Part shown: positions 20,795 through 30,479 of the stretch, piece after piece | How the letters are laid out: the number at the start of each line of letters is the position of its first letter | How positions within the stretch are numbered: position 1 is the stretch's first letter | Origin: Pseudomonadota bacterium | GTDB taxonomy: Bacteria > Bdellovibrionota_F > JAHFAK01 > JBDREC01 | NCBI GenBank assembly: GCA_043820105.1 | Contig: JBDREC010000030.1 | Location: forward strand, 2,888-66,887 | Length of the DNA stretch: 64,000 nucleotides | Direction: 5' to 3' | Program-made: the position numbers and the translations under genes | The notes under the pieces: model-generated | What the model was told of the DNA's origin: nothing | Database searches by the model: none | The model's input: the letters and a program-made list of their open reading frames with translations, nothing else

Positions 20795-21595
20795 TTAAGG
20801 TTTTTGTTTAAAAATAGATTTTTGTAAAACCCCAGATTTTTCAATACTATTTTTTAAAGAAAATAAAATTGTTAAGGATATAGAAAGGATTGAGCTTATG
20901 AAAATTGCAATAACTATAGCTATTTGATATTTTATTGCAGTTAAGGGGCTTATTCCACTGAGTATTTGACCTGTCATCATCCCTGGAAGAGCTACAATTC
21001 CCATGGTTGCAATGGTTGCAATAAAAGGATTCATAGCTTCTGTTAATGCCTCTCGAAAATAGGGGAGACATATTTCATATGTACTTGCTCCACAGGATAA
21101 ATAATAATTATATCTATTGCTATTTCTTGTTAGGAGATTATAGAACTTACTAAGACCAATGATATTTCCACGCAAAATGTTTCCAAGAAGCATTCCACCA
21201 ACGGCGATTATATATTTTGCATCAAAAATATTTTCAAGCCCTATAATATAGCAGTTGAAATATAAAAGCATGGCAAAGTTCACAAGAATCATTGCAGAAA
21301 GTGATGGTATGATGAGGACTTTAAAATTAATATCTGTCTTTATTATAAAAGCAAATGAAGCTACTACTATCATGACCAAGAACCATGTAATGTTGATTAG
21401 AGCATTGTTGTATTGAAAAAGGTATTCAAAAAAAATTCCAATTAGAAAAAGCTGAACTGTCATTCTGAAAAATGCAAGCAAAGTTGTTGATATAATATTT
21501 ATTTTCAATTTATAAAAACCAAGCAGCACGAATGTTAAAAGAGTAAATCCAAGTGCTAAACCAAAATAAGAAATATCAATAATTTCATAGTTCAT
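20795..21595 (-). CDS. ABC exporter permease, FetB/YbbM-like
   Basis: 266-aa polytopic membrane protein. 4-nt start/stop overlap (ATGA) with the upstream ATPase gene. Confidence 0.6.
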   Translation of the reverse strand: MNYEIIDISYFGLALGFTLLTFVLLGFYKLKINIISTTLLAFFRMTVQLFLIGIFFEYLFQYNNALINITWFLVMIVVASFAFIIKTDINFKVLIIPSLSAMILVNFAMLLYFNCYIIGLENIFDAKYIIAVGGMLLGNILRGNIIGLSKFYNLLTRNSNRYNYYLSCGASTYEICLPYFREALTEAMNPFIATIATMGIVALPGMMTGQILSGISPLTAIKYQIAIVIAIFISSILSISLTILFSLKNSIEKSGVLQKSIFKQKP

Positions 21596-22209
21596 AAAGT
21601 TATTACCTTAAATTCTCCATTTTGCAGCCATAAGCTTTCATCATGGGAAATAATTATTTGAGTTGCAGAAGAAAGATTGCAAAAGTATTTAATTATTGCT
21701 TCAGCACTTTCCTTGTCAAGTGCTGATGTTATTTCATCTAAAAGGAAAATAGATTTATTTAATAATAAGGCAACAATGACTGCAATTCTTTGTTTTTCAC
21801 CACCTGATAAGTCTTCATAATTTTTTTGAAGGATGTCTTTTTCTAATAAAAAAATATCGAAATATTTTATTATTGTATCTTTGCTAAAATCTAAGCCATT
21901 ATTGCCTTTAAAGGCTGCTATTTCTGCAAAAAGGTTAAGAGTATTGCCTGCAAAAATATCCAAATCTTGTGGTACATAGGCAAAGTTTTTGCGAATGTGC
22001 CATATGTTTTTAATGAGTTCGTCATCTTTGAAATATATTTGGCCATTATCTGCTTTGACAAAACCAAGGAGAAGCTTTAATATCGTGGACTTGCCAATCC
22101 CTGACCTGCCTTTAATAAGAACTTTGTCCTGTGGATAAATTTCTAGGTTGAAATTTTCAAGGAGTATTTTACTTTGGAAACTTACATTAATATTTTCGAA
22201 TTTAATCAT
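21592..22209 (-). CDS. ABC transporter ATP-binding protein, FetA/YbbL-like
   Basis: Walker A GRSGIGKST, signature LSGGEKQR, Walker B LLDEITSALD. At 205 aa it is shorter than typical importer ATPases. Confidence 0.8.
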   Translation of the reverse strand: MIKFENINVSFQSKILLENFNLEIYPQDKVLIKGRSGIGKSTILKLLLGFVKADNGQIYFKDDELIKNIWHIRKNFAYVPQDLDIFAGNTLNLFAEIAAFKGNNGLDFSKDTIIKYFDIFLLEKDILQKNYEDLSGGEKQRIAVIVALLLNKSIFLLDEITSALDKESAEAIIKYFCNLSSATQIIISHDESLWLQNGEFKVITL

Positions 22210-22267
22210 ATCAGATTTCTAGTAATATTTTTTTGGGGAAATTGTAAAGTTAAATTTGAAAAGATCT

Positions 22268-22915
22268 TTAGTTACAATATCTTTGTGCTAAGATTTCATA
22301 CTCTTTAACTTTTGGAGTATAAACACTTGAATAAACATAACCCCCTAAAGCAACAATTGAGGCAGGGATTAAAGCGAATCCACAAAGATGTACTGATTTT
22401 GTGATAGCACATAATAATGCCCAGGTCATCATTGCTCCAAGAGCTACACCAAAGCCAAGCATTTCCCATTTGACATAGTACTGATAAGAATTTGTTACTG
22501 CTCTGCATCTTGATTCCTTATCAATAAATAAATTCAAACCTAATTCTTTAGATAAAATCTGTAAATATTCCTCTGCTTCTGGTTTGTCAGTTTGATATAA
22601 TTCAAAATAATAGTTGAGTTGTTTTGAAATTGGATAATTGATATCATCAAGTTCAACAACTAGATTTTCCTTTTCATGGTCATATGAATAGGTGATAATA
22701 TGATCATCGATATACAAAGTTTTGCTTGAGATATCTAAATCAAAAAAGATTCCATACTCATTAAAATAGTTTTGTAGGTTATTCATCTGATCAAAATATG
22801 GAACTTGTTTATTATTGCTTTCAGTGTTTCTTCCTGTATCTTGAGCATAAGCACTAATTGTTAATAAATGTGAAAATATAATTATTAATGCTAAATGTTT
22901 TCTAAAAATATGCAC
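22268..22915 (-). CDS. Secreted or membrane-anchored hypothetical protein
   Basis: Signal peptide plus C-terminal hydrophobic helices. Confidence 0.45.
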   Translation of the reverse strand: MHIFRKHLALIIIFSHLLTISAYAQDTGRNTESNNKQVPYFDQMNNLQNYFNEYGIFFDLDISSKTLYIDDHIITYSYDHEKENLVVELDDINYPISKQLNYYFELYQTDKPEAEEYLQILSKELGLNLFIDKESRCRAVTNSYQYYVKWEMLGFGVALGAMMTWALLCAITKSVHLCGFALIPASIVALGGYVYSSVYTPKVKEYEILAQRYCN

Positions 22916-23150
22916 AATAATTTCCTTTCAATTTGCATGGTCTCTACTCTTAAGAATATAAACTATGCAATTTAAAAACCAAAGAAACATCTTGTATTAA
23001 TCCTTAAAAAACTAAAGCTTATGTATTTTATTAAGTTTTTTTATGTTTAATAAATGTATTCTTTACTTAAGATCACAGATAAGTGGGCAAAGTTGTCTCA
23101 AATATTCCAAATGTTCCCATGTGCTCATGTGCTCTTGTTGTTCCCATGTC

Positions 23151-24617
23151 TTAATACAATAAATCAGAATTATTTATTTCTTTTGGTAGTTTATTCAGTA
23201 CCTGTTTCCACATTTTTTTATCTTCCATACAAAGATAAACAGGGCAATCCGGATAGTATGATTTGATTTTTCGTTCTAGTGCTTGAAAGGCTTTTATTCT
23301 TAAAGGTTCATAATAGCGATATTTACGATCACTGTGTAAAGTAAATTCACCTAAAGGCAAAACAGAGTTTTCAAAACGTTCATTAATAATATCTTTTAAT
23401 TTTGGATCAAAACGGAAACAACCCAAGGAAAGCCAAACAAGTTTTTTGACTTGAGATTTGGATTCAAAAATTGAAAATAGTTTATCAATTACATAAGAAT
23501 ATTCTTCTTCAAATCCAGGATAAATAACAATAGGATCAAAATGAAAGGCCAGCTTAAAACCATTCTGCAAGCATGCTTTGGCTGCATTTAACCGTTGCTC
23601 AAGACTTGCTGTATATAGCTCATCAGATTCAATTATTCTGTTTGTGTTTAAAGACCACGAAATAACAATATTTGAAGCATTTTTTTTATGTCTTAAAATA
23701 TTTTCAATATAATCAGATTTTGTTTTAAATTCAATTAAGCAAGAAGGATGATTTTTAGTTATTTTGATTAGTGAACTTGAATAATTAGTAATATGATCAG
23801 TTCCCAGGGAATCAGTTAAATTTCCTGGACCAACTCTTAAGAATTTATTTTTAAACTCAAGCTCCAGCTCTTTTTCAAGGTCAGCAAGATTCGTATAAAT
23901 TGCAATAGGTTTTAAGTTCAAATAATACTGCAAAATGCAATAAGAACAATCAAAAGGACAATTGCTGCCAATATCAAAATTATGATAGTTACAACAAATC
24001 ATTTTCTTTGTTCCAGGGCAACGCCTGGCAAATTTGCCCTTTGATCTTGTAAGGAAAATAGTTTTTTTGCCCTTTAAAATTGGATTTACTGATTCAGCAA
24101 AATAGTCTCGCCAAAAATCCAGAGTAGGCGATTCATTAGGCTCTATAACTTCGATGTTTTCTTTCTGAGCATACTTTAAGGCATTTTTAGCAATAAGGTC
24201 ATTGCACGATTTTGGATCGATTATAATAGTTTCTGGCACGAATTTTGGTCTATATTCTGTTTTGCATTTGGTGTTTAATTTTGAATTTTGAATTTTGAAT
24301 TTTGAATTTATTCCCTTATTCCCTGCAATTACTGGATACCTCCGCGCCCTCAGTCGTTTTTTCACTTCCTCAACAACATTACTATAATCTTTTTCTATAT
24401 TTCTAAATTCTATATCATCTATAATTTTTTCTCTTGTGATTTTCTCTCTTTTTCTAATCTCTTCAATTAGCTCTCCAATTAACAATATATTATTCACGCT
24501 AATTGGATATTTTGTTAGATCATCAAAAAAGTTTAATATACTAGAAAAATATTTTTCTGTTTTCCTTCTTTGTTTATCGGATGGATTTCTATCTTTAAAA
24601 TATTCGTATAAATTCAT
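23151..24617 (-). CDS. Radical SAM protein, spore-photoproduct-lyase (SplB)-like, with ~110-aa N-terminal extension
   Basis: CxxxCxxC motif CPFDCSYC followed by ILQYY. The N-terminal extension contains an in-frame (TTTTGAA)x5 array at 24276-24312, read as NSKFKIQNSKLN. Confidence 0.65.
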   Translation of the reverse strand: MNLYEYFKDRNPSDKQRRKTEKYFSSILNFFDDLTKYPISVNNILLIGELIEEIRKREKITREKIIDDIEFRNIEKDYSNVVEEVKKRLRARRYPVIAGNKGINSKFKIQNSKLNTKCKTEYRPKFVPETIIIDPKSCNDLIAKNALKYAQKENIEVIEPNESPTLDFWRDYFAESVNPILKGKKTIFLTRSKGKFARRCPGTKKMICCNYHNFDIGSNCPFDCSYCILQYYLNLKPIAIYTNLADLEKELELEFKNKFLRVGPGNLTDSLGTDHITNYSSSLIKITKNHPSCLIEFKTKSDYIENILRHKKNASNIVISWSLNTNRIIESDELYTASLEQRLNAAKACLQNGFKLAFHFDPIVIYPGFEEEYSYVIDKLFSIFESKSQVKKLVWLSLGCFRFDPKLKDIINERFENSVLPLGEFTLHSDRKYRYYEPLRIKAFQALERKIKSYYPDCPVYLCMEDKKMWKQVLNKLPKEINNSDLLY

Positions 24618-24672
24618 GAATTTTAGATATTATAAAGAAAAAAGTTTGTATAGGAAAATTTTGTGGCGTTTA

Positions 24673-26535
24673 TTATAGTTCTCTAGAAATCCTGCTTCCA
24701 AGTTTTGCAGGATCAATATTTCTTCCTCTTTCATTTACATAGATTATTACTTCAGAATTTCCTTGTGCGTATTCAATCACAACAGGAGGATTATAAGCTC
24801 TGTCATCAGCTACAACTGTTATTTCAATATCATTTCTAAGTTTCTGTGTTCTTCTGGCTATAAAAACTGCAAGCTTGATTTCATACATTTGTTCTTTGCT
24901 GAAAGCAAAGTGATCTTGAACCAAGACTTTATGTAAATCAAACAGGTCAATATAGACTCTTGCTGTAGATTTATCTTCTTCAGTAGATGCAGAGGCTAAA
25001 AGTTCATAATAAGCTTCAGCACTTTTAATATCTCTTTTTTTGCTCGTTTCCTTTTGAATAACTGAGGCATATTTATTAGCTGCATTGTTATCTAAATAAG
25101 TTAACTCTAAATAATGATTTGCATAAACTATCCTATTGTCAAGTGTTGTATTTAATACTATACTAGCATACTTATCAGCTGTTGGTCCATTGCCATTTCT
25201 GTATTCATTGTAGTAATTATTAGCTATTTCTGATCCTAAAAAAGTAACTAGTTTATTGTATTTAGAAGCAACTTCAATGCCTGCTTTTTCAGCTAAAGTA
25301 GCATATCTTTTTGCTTCTTCAATATTTCTATCAGCTAATGATGCAAATGTACTTCCTGCTTTAGCTCCAAAATTATTCAGTAGAGCATAATACCTTTTTG
25401 CCATGTTTTCTTCAAAATCAGCAACTATTAAGCTTCTATATTCTTCTGCCTGAGCTACTTCTTTCTTATAAAGAAGATCTACATATTGCTCAGCCATTTC
25501 AGTGTCATTTGTATACATTTCAATATACTGAGCATAGCAATTTTCCATTTTAGCTGAAGAATTAGATTTGATTCTTCCTGAAGCAACACAACCTTGAGCA
25601 ACTAAGTATCTGGTCTGTTCATAAGCAAAAAGTGATTCAACTGCATCCATGCATATTTTCTGGTCTTCAAATGCTTTGTCTTGGCATTTTTCTTTAAATG
25701 CATCTTGAATACCAGCTACTGTGCTGTCATCATGAGTTGTTGTTTCAATATTTTCAATTTCATCTTTATAAAGGTTAGGTAAAGAATCTACCATTGCTAA
25801 AACATATTTTTTAGCACTAGCATTGTCAACTGTCATTGCTAAAGCAGTGTTTCTAATTTTTGTATCATTACCAGCAACATCCTCAAGCCATACAAGACCT
25901 TGATCAATATACCAGCAGTTTTCGTAATAAGCAGAGCTCATCTCTTGTTCACCTTTCGAAACACTCTTAACAACAACTTTTCTTTTTTCGTCTGCTAAGT
26001 TCTTTTTGTCTAGTTTATTTAAAAAAGATATACTTGCTGTGTAATATGTATTGTCATAAACTTTCCCAGGAACTTCACATCTATCTTCATGTCTTTTGTG
26101 CATTCTCTTGCTTTGAGCAAACAACTCTTTTAAAACTGCTTCTTTGCAAGAATCAGTAATATTATTTAGAGCCTTTTCAACAATGACTTTTTCCCAGTCT
26201 ATCATCTCATTGCCCCAATAACCTTCAAGATACATTTCAGCCATTGCCATACAAAGATTGGTTTTGCTTGGACTGTCTTGAATTTTAGTATCAAACAAAT
26301 TATCTGAAAATTCAGTAAAGCTTAGGTCAATTTCTTCAGCCTTTACTTCTTTTGCTTGTTCAGTTCCTTCTATATTTTGTGCTGGTTCAATTAATATATC
26401 AGCGCCACTTACAGGACGATATGAAAATTCATCAGAAACTCTATCATCAGGTATTGGACTAAAAGAAAATAGTGGAAGGCTCAAACTAAGCACTAATATT
26501 AATGTTAATAATAATTTTATTTTTTCTAAATTCAT
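24673..26535 (-). CDS. Secreted helical-repeat (TPR-like) hypothetical protein
   Basis: Signal peptide followed by a 620-aa Y/A/E/K-rich helical sequence with repeated YxxxA/YYxL patterns. Confidence 0.5.
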   Translation of the reverse strand: MNLEKIKLLLTLILVLSLSLPLFSFSPIPDDRVSDEFSYRPVSGADILIEPAQNIEGTEQAKEVKAEEIDLSFTEFSDNLFDTKIQDSPSKTNLCMAMAEMYLEGYWGNEMIDWEKVIVEKALNNITDSCKEAVLKELFAQSKRMHKRHEDRCEVPGKVYDNTYYTASISFLNKLDKKNLADEKRKVVVKSVSKGEQEMSSAYYENCWYIDQGLVWLEDVAGNDTKIRNTALAMTVDNASAKKYVLAMVDSLPNLYKDEIENIETTTHDDSTVAGIQDAFKEKCQDKAFEDQKICMDAVESLFAYEQTRYLVAQGCVASGRIKSNSSAKMENCYAQYIEMYTNDTEMAEQYVDLLYKKEVAQAEEYRSLIVADFEENMAKRYYALLNNFGAKAGSTFASLADRNIEEAKRYATLAEKAGIEVASKYNKLVTFLGSEIANNYYNEYRNGNGPTADKYASIVLNTTLDNRIVYANHYLELTYLDNNAANKYASVIQKETSKKRDIKSAEAYYELLASASTEEDKSTARVYIDLFDLHKVLVQDHFAFSKEQMYEIKLAVFIARRTQKLRNDIEITVVADDRAYNPPVVIEYAQGNSEVIIYVNERGRNIDPAKLGSRISREL

Positions 26536-26793
26536 TGTATCACTCCTTAAAGTAAAATTTATTAAAGATTATAAAAACAATAATCCTTAAATACCCCTCT
26601 TCATGTCATCTCATGTATTGTGCAACTGCAGTGCCAGGCTTGCAATGTTAAAAAGTACATTCATTACAGTTGGTTAAATATCAAGGAAATAACTATTTTA
26701 TGTTAAACTGTGAGGAATTAATTCAATTTAATCTTCAAGTGAGACAGATATGACTCTTTCTTGCATAAGTTTTTTCAAATGTTCCTGGGACAT

Positions 26794-28404
26794 TTAAGAC
26801 GCTTTTTTCTTTAACTTTTTACTTACAATATCCAAAAATTCCATAAGTTCCGGTGATTTTAATAAATAGCATGAAGTTATGAAAACTGATAAAGGAACCA
26901 TGACCATAATTATCATAATAGCTATTCTAGCTAAAATTGAATGAGCATCATATATGTTAATGGCCTGGACCATAAATATTGCCGCTATTGACATTAACAA
27001 AGTGGAAATCGCTACAAGCTTTAATTTTTTTATTGTATGATAAATTGAAAATGATTCAAGTTTTGATCTTAGAAAATATAGTAAAAGAATAAGAGTAATT
27101 GCAATTGATATTGAATTTGCAAGCGCGATACCACCATTTCCTAAAAACGGAGCTAAAACAAGACAAAATAAAATATTTGTTGCCATAGCAATTGCTGAAA
27201 CTTTTACAGGTGTCCTGGTATCTTTCATTGAATAATAAGCTGGAACAATTATTCTTGCTGAAGCAATAAAAACAAGTCCCATTGCATGAAACAATAGGGC
27301 AAAGCTTGTTAGATCAACAGATTTTTGATTAAAAATTCCATATCCAAATAAAGTATAAACAATAGGTCCTCTTAAAATAATAAGGCCAAAAGTAGCTGGG
27401 ATGGTTACAAACAAAACAAGTCTTAAGGCATAATCAAGAGTTTGCTTCATTTCATCATATTTTAAAGCTATTGCTTCACGCGATAACCTTGGCAAAATTA
27501 CAGTTGATACAGATACAACAAAAATTCCAAGAGTTAACTCAAGAATTCTACTTGAAAATTGCAGGGATGAAACTGAGCCAGGTTCCAGAAAAGATGCAAT
27601 TAGTTGAGACGTAATAATATTAATTTCATATACAGTAGCTCCAAATAGGCTTGGAGCAAGGAGATACAGGACTTTTTTAATGCCAGGATCTTTAAATTGA
27701 ATTGTGGGTTTAAATTGCATTCCTAAACGTTTTAAAGAAGGTATTTGTATTGAAAGTTGAAGCACCCCTCCTATAACAACACCAGTTGCAAAAGCAAAAA
27801 CAATATTTGAAAATAAATCCTTGAAAATGAAAACAGAAGATATGACTGCAATGTTTAAAAGAATAGGGGACAAAGATGGAATAAAAAATTTTTCAAATGA
27901 ATTCAACATTGCCTGTGTAAGAGCAGCCAGGCCAATAAAAAGAATATAAACAAACATGATACGAGTTAGTAAAATTGTTAGTTCAGCCTTACCAGAAACT
28001 TGTGAAAAACCTGGTGCAAAGACATAATTAATTAATATTGGAGCAAAAATAACAAATAAAATAACCAGAATAGTTATAGCAAAGGTCATAAAGTAAAAAA
28101 ACCTTTGGGCAAAAAGCCATAGATCTTCTTCTTCTCTTTTCTTAATAAAATCTGTAAAGACTGGAATAAAAGCAGCGCTCATTGCACCTTCACCAACGAC
28201 TTTGCGAAGTAAGTTTGGAATCATAAAAGCTACTCCAAAAGCATCAGAAGCTATTCCTGTTCCAAGAAAAATTGCCCTTACCTGTTCTCTGACAAGACCC
28301 AGGATTCTACTGGCAAGCGTTGATGTCCCTAATATGGAGGCTGATTTCAGCGTTTTTATATTTTTTTTATTCATCAATTTTCCAAAGTCCGTTTTCATAA
28401 ACAA
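26794..28404 (-). CDS. murJ: Lipid II flippase MurJ (MviN)
   Basis: ILGLVREQVRAIFLGTGIASDAFGVAFMIPNLLRKVVGEGAMSAAFIPVF matches the MurJ N-terminal core. About 14 TM segments. The real start is probably the internal Met at 28374. Confidence 0.85.
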   Translation of the reverse strand: MFMKTDFGKLMNKKNIKTLKSASILGTSTLASRILGLVREQVRAIFLGTGIASDAFGVAFMIPNLLRKVVGEGAMSAAFIPVFTDFIKKREEEDLWLFAQRFFYFMTFAITILVILFVIFAPILINYVFAPGFSQVSGKAELTILLTRIMFVYILFIGLAALTQAMLNSFEKFFIPSLSPILLNIAVISSVFIFKDLFSNIVFAFATGVVIGGVLQLSIQIPSLKRLGMQFKPTIQFKDPGIKKVLYLLAPSLFGATVYEINIITSQLIASFLEPGSVSSLQFSSRILELTLGIFVVSVSTVILPRLSREAIALKYDEMKQTLDYALRLVLFVTIPATFGLIILRGPIVYTLFGYGIFNQKSVDLTSFALLFHAMGLVFIASARIIVPAYYSMKDTRTPVKVSAIAMATNILFCLVLAPFLGNGGIALANSISIAITLILLLYFLRSKLESFSIYHTIKKLKLVAISTLLMSIAAIFMVQAINIYDAHSILARIAIMIIMVMVPLSVFITSCYLLKSPELMEFLDIVSKKLKKKAS

Positions 28405-28909
28405 ATTCTAAAAAGGCTATATCTTGGGTGCTTTCATAATTACTTTCAATTTTCAAGGTTGCCTTACTTCCGAAAATGCCAAGGTTTGAGGTGGTAAATT
28501 TTGTATCATTAACTCTTTTTGCCATTTTCTTAAGTGTTTTTGCATCAAGTTTTTGGAGTTCATCTCTTTTTAAACCCTTAAGCTTTTCAGAGTAACAAGC
28601 TATTATACTTTCAATATCTCCTTTTTCTGCAGCTGATAACCATCTGTCAAAAGACTTCTGCGGAGTGTCGATATTTTTAAGCTTCCCTGATTCATTGATA
28701 ATAATATTATAAATAAGTTCTTTATGAATTTTTATCTTCCCATAGCTTGTCTTTAGTTCAAAATGATTATTTTCAAATCCTACTATTTCGGCTTTGAGTT
28801 CTTGACCACCAAGCAAAATAAGAGTTTCAGCATATAAATAAATTTGAATAAAAAAAAGAAATAATAAAATGAATAGAAAGTTCCTGTTTTTCAAATATAA
28901 AATCCTCAT
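28367..28909 (-). CDS. Secreted hypothetical protein
   Basis: Signal peptide LFILLFLFFIQIYLYA. 180 aa. Confidence 0.45.
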   Translation of the reverse strand: MRILYLKNRNFLFILLFLFFIQIYLYAETLILLGGQELKAEIVGFENNHFELKTSYGKIKIHKELIYNIIINESGKLKNIDTPQKSFDRWLSAAEKGDIESIIACYSEKLKGLKRDELQKLDAKTLKKMAKRVNDTKFTTSNLGIFGSKATLKIESNYESTQDIAFLEFVYENGLWKIDE

Positions 28910-29048
28910 AAATTAAGAATTGAAAATTGATTATTGATTATTGAAAATTAGGCCTTAATAATCAAACATTATTTTTAAAACCTTTATGATTGACTTTTTT
29001 ACCTTTCAAGTAAAAATCCGGGCATTGTTTATTTTTTTGGAAAAATTA

Positions 29049-29708
29049 ATGAAATTATATTTTAAAATAATTCTATTTTTAATGATCACTGCAACTTTAT
29101 TTGCAGACAAAAATGAAGATGAAAAAACAATTAATGCATTATCAGATAAATTTTTTAAAATGAAAACATTGATTTGTGACTTTGAGCAGGTCTATTATAA
29201 TGCTAGTTTTGGAAATGATACAAAACCGCAAATTGGCAAACTGTACATTCAAAAGCCAGGTAAAATGAAGTGGGAATATTTAAAACCTGAAAAAAAAGAC
29301 ATTCTAAGCGACGGAAAAACCCTATGGGTTTATAGAAAGGATCAAAATCTATCTGTTTCTCAACCAGGCTTTGGTGAAATGAAAAATCAGACAGGCATGT
29401 CATTTTTATGGGGAAATGGAAAATTAAGAGATCAGTTCGATGTTAGTGTCAGCTCAGAAAGTGGAGAAAAAAATGAAATAGTGCTTGTTTTAACTCCAAA
29501 GGTTCCAAGCGCATCCATGGATTTTATTTATATGCTTATTGATAATAAAACCTATGATATAAAAAAACTGACTTTATATGACAAACAACGAAATGAAAAT
29601 AGATTTAAATTCAGCAACTTAAAGTATAACTCTAAAGTAGAAGTTGAATTTACTCCACCAAAGGATGCAAAGGAGTTTAAGACACCTGATATAAGTGGTA
29701 AGTCGTAA
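29049..29708 (+). CDS. lolA: Outer-membrane lipoprotein carrier protein LolA-like
   Basis: Signal peptide, then F-x-Q with spaced G/P/W pattern (FEQVYY...GKLYIQKPGKMKWEY...DGKTLWVY). Start moved to the Met at 29049 inside the ORF-track frame. Confidence 0.65.
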   Translation: MKLYFKIILFLMITATLFADKNEDEKTINALSDKFFKMKTLICDFEQVYYNASFGNDTKPQIGKLYIQKPGKMKWEYLKPEKKDILSDGKTLWVYRKDQNLSVSQPGFGEMKNQTGMSFLWGNGKLRDQFDVSVSSESGEKNEIVLVLTPKVPSASMDFIYMLIDNKTYDIKKLTLYDKQRNENRFKFSNLKYNSKVEVEFTPPKDAKEFKTPDISGKS

Positions 29709-29911
29709 GTGGTAAGTTGTAAGTGGTAAGTAGAGCAAGTTTTTTCCTGTGGAATCAATTTTAGCTCATTTTATTTCAATTTTCTTAATTATAATTATAA
29801 TCTTTATCCTTAAATTAGTTAGTAAATTAAACGACTTATCTCTATTTTTAAAAAATGGCACATCTATTGCATTTATTATCTTAAAAGTATTTTCAAGTAT
29901 AAGGAATAATA

Positions 29912-30250
29912 ATGAAGACTGGGAAACAAATGATAAAATTTATTCTGATTATAGCGATATTAAGACTTTCAGTTTTTATGCTAATTGGTTGTGGGTCAGA
30001 AATAGACCAATCAATTGATGCAGCTTATCTTATGTACCCAAGTCAATGCTATGTTGATCAAGCTGAATTTGCAAACGCTTCTGAAATCATTTCTCAAACA
30101 ACAAGATTTAAAGTATCAGAAATCACGTTAACAGCAGAAATTGATGAGGATGAAGATGGAATATACGACGAGTGTCAAAATTACAAACAAAGCAATCAAG
30201 CCCAAGTCATTTCAATCCAAGACGAAGAAATCGAAACTTTTCAAAACTAA
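29912..30250 (+). CDS. Small acidic lipoprotein, hypothetical
   Basis: Lipobox LIGCGS. 112 aa. Confidence 0.45.
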   Translation: MKTGKQMIKFILIIAILRLSVFMLIGCGSEIDQSIDAAYLMYPSQCYVDQAEFANASEIISQTTRFKVSEITLTAEIDEDEDGIYDECQNYKQSNQAQVISIQDEEIETFQN

Positions 30251-30479
30251 ACCGAATACCAACACTTATTTTTTATGAAAATCTCAGGGAAGTTGTTTTA
30301 AAAAGGGCATACGCCCCAGTTGCTACACTCAGGCATTAAAAGGCTTTATTTTGTAATTGATAAAGAGCTTACTTATACTTGGAAAATAGCGCGGTGAGAT
30401 CAAGGCCAAAATTCCGCTGGGAATTTTGAGCCGTCTTTTTTTGAGTTAAATACCCGATTTCCTTTTCAAAATCAGGCAA

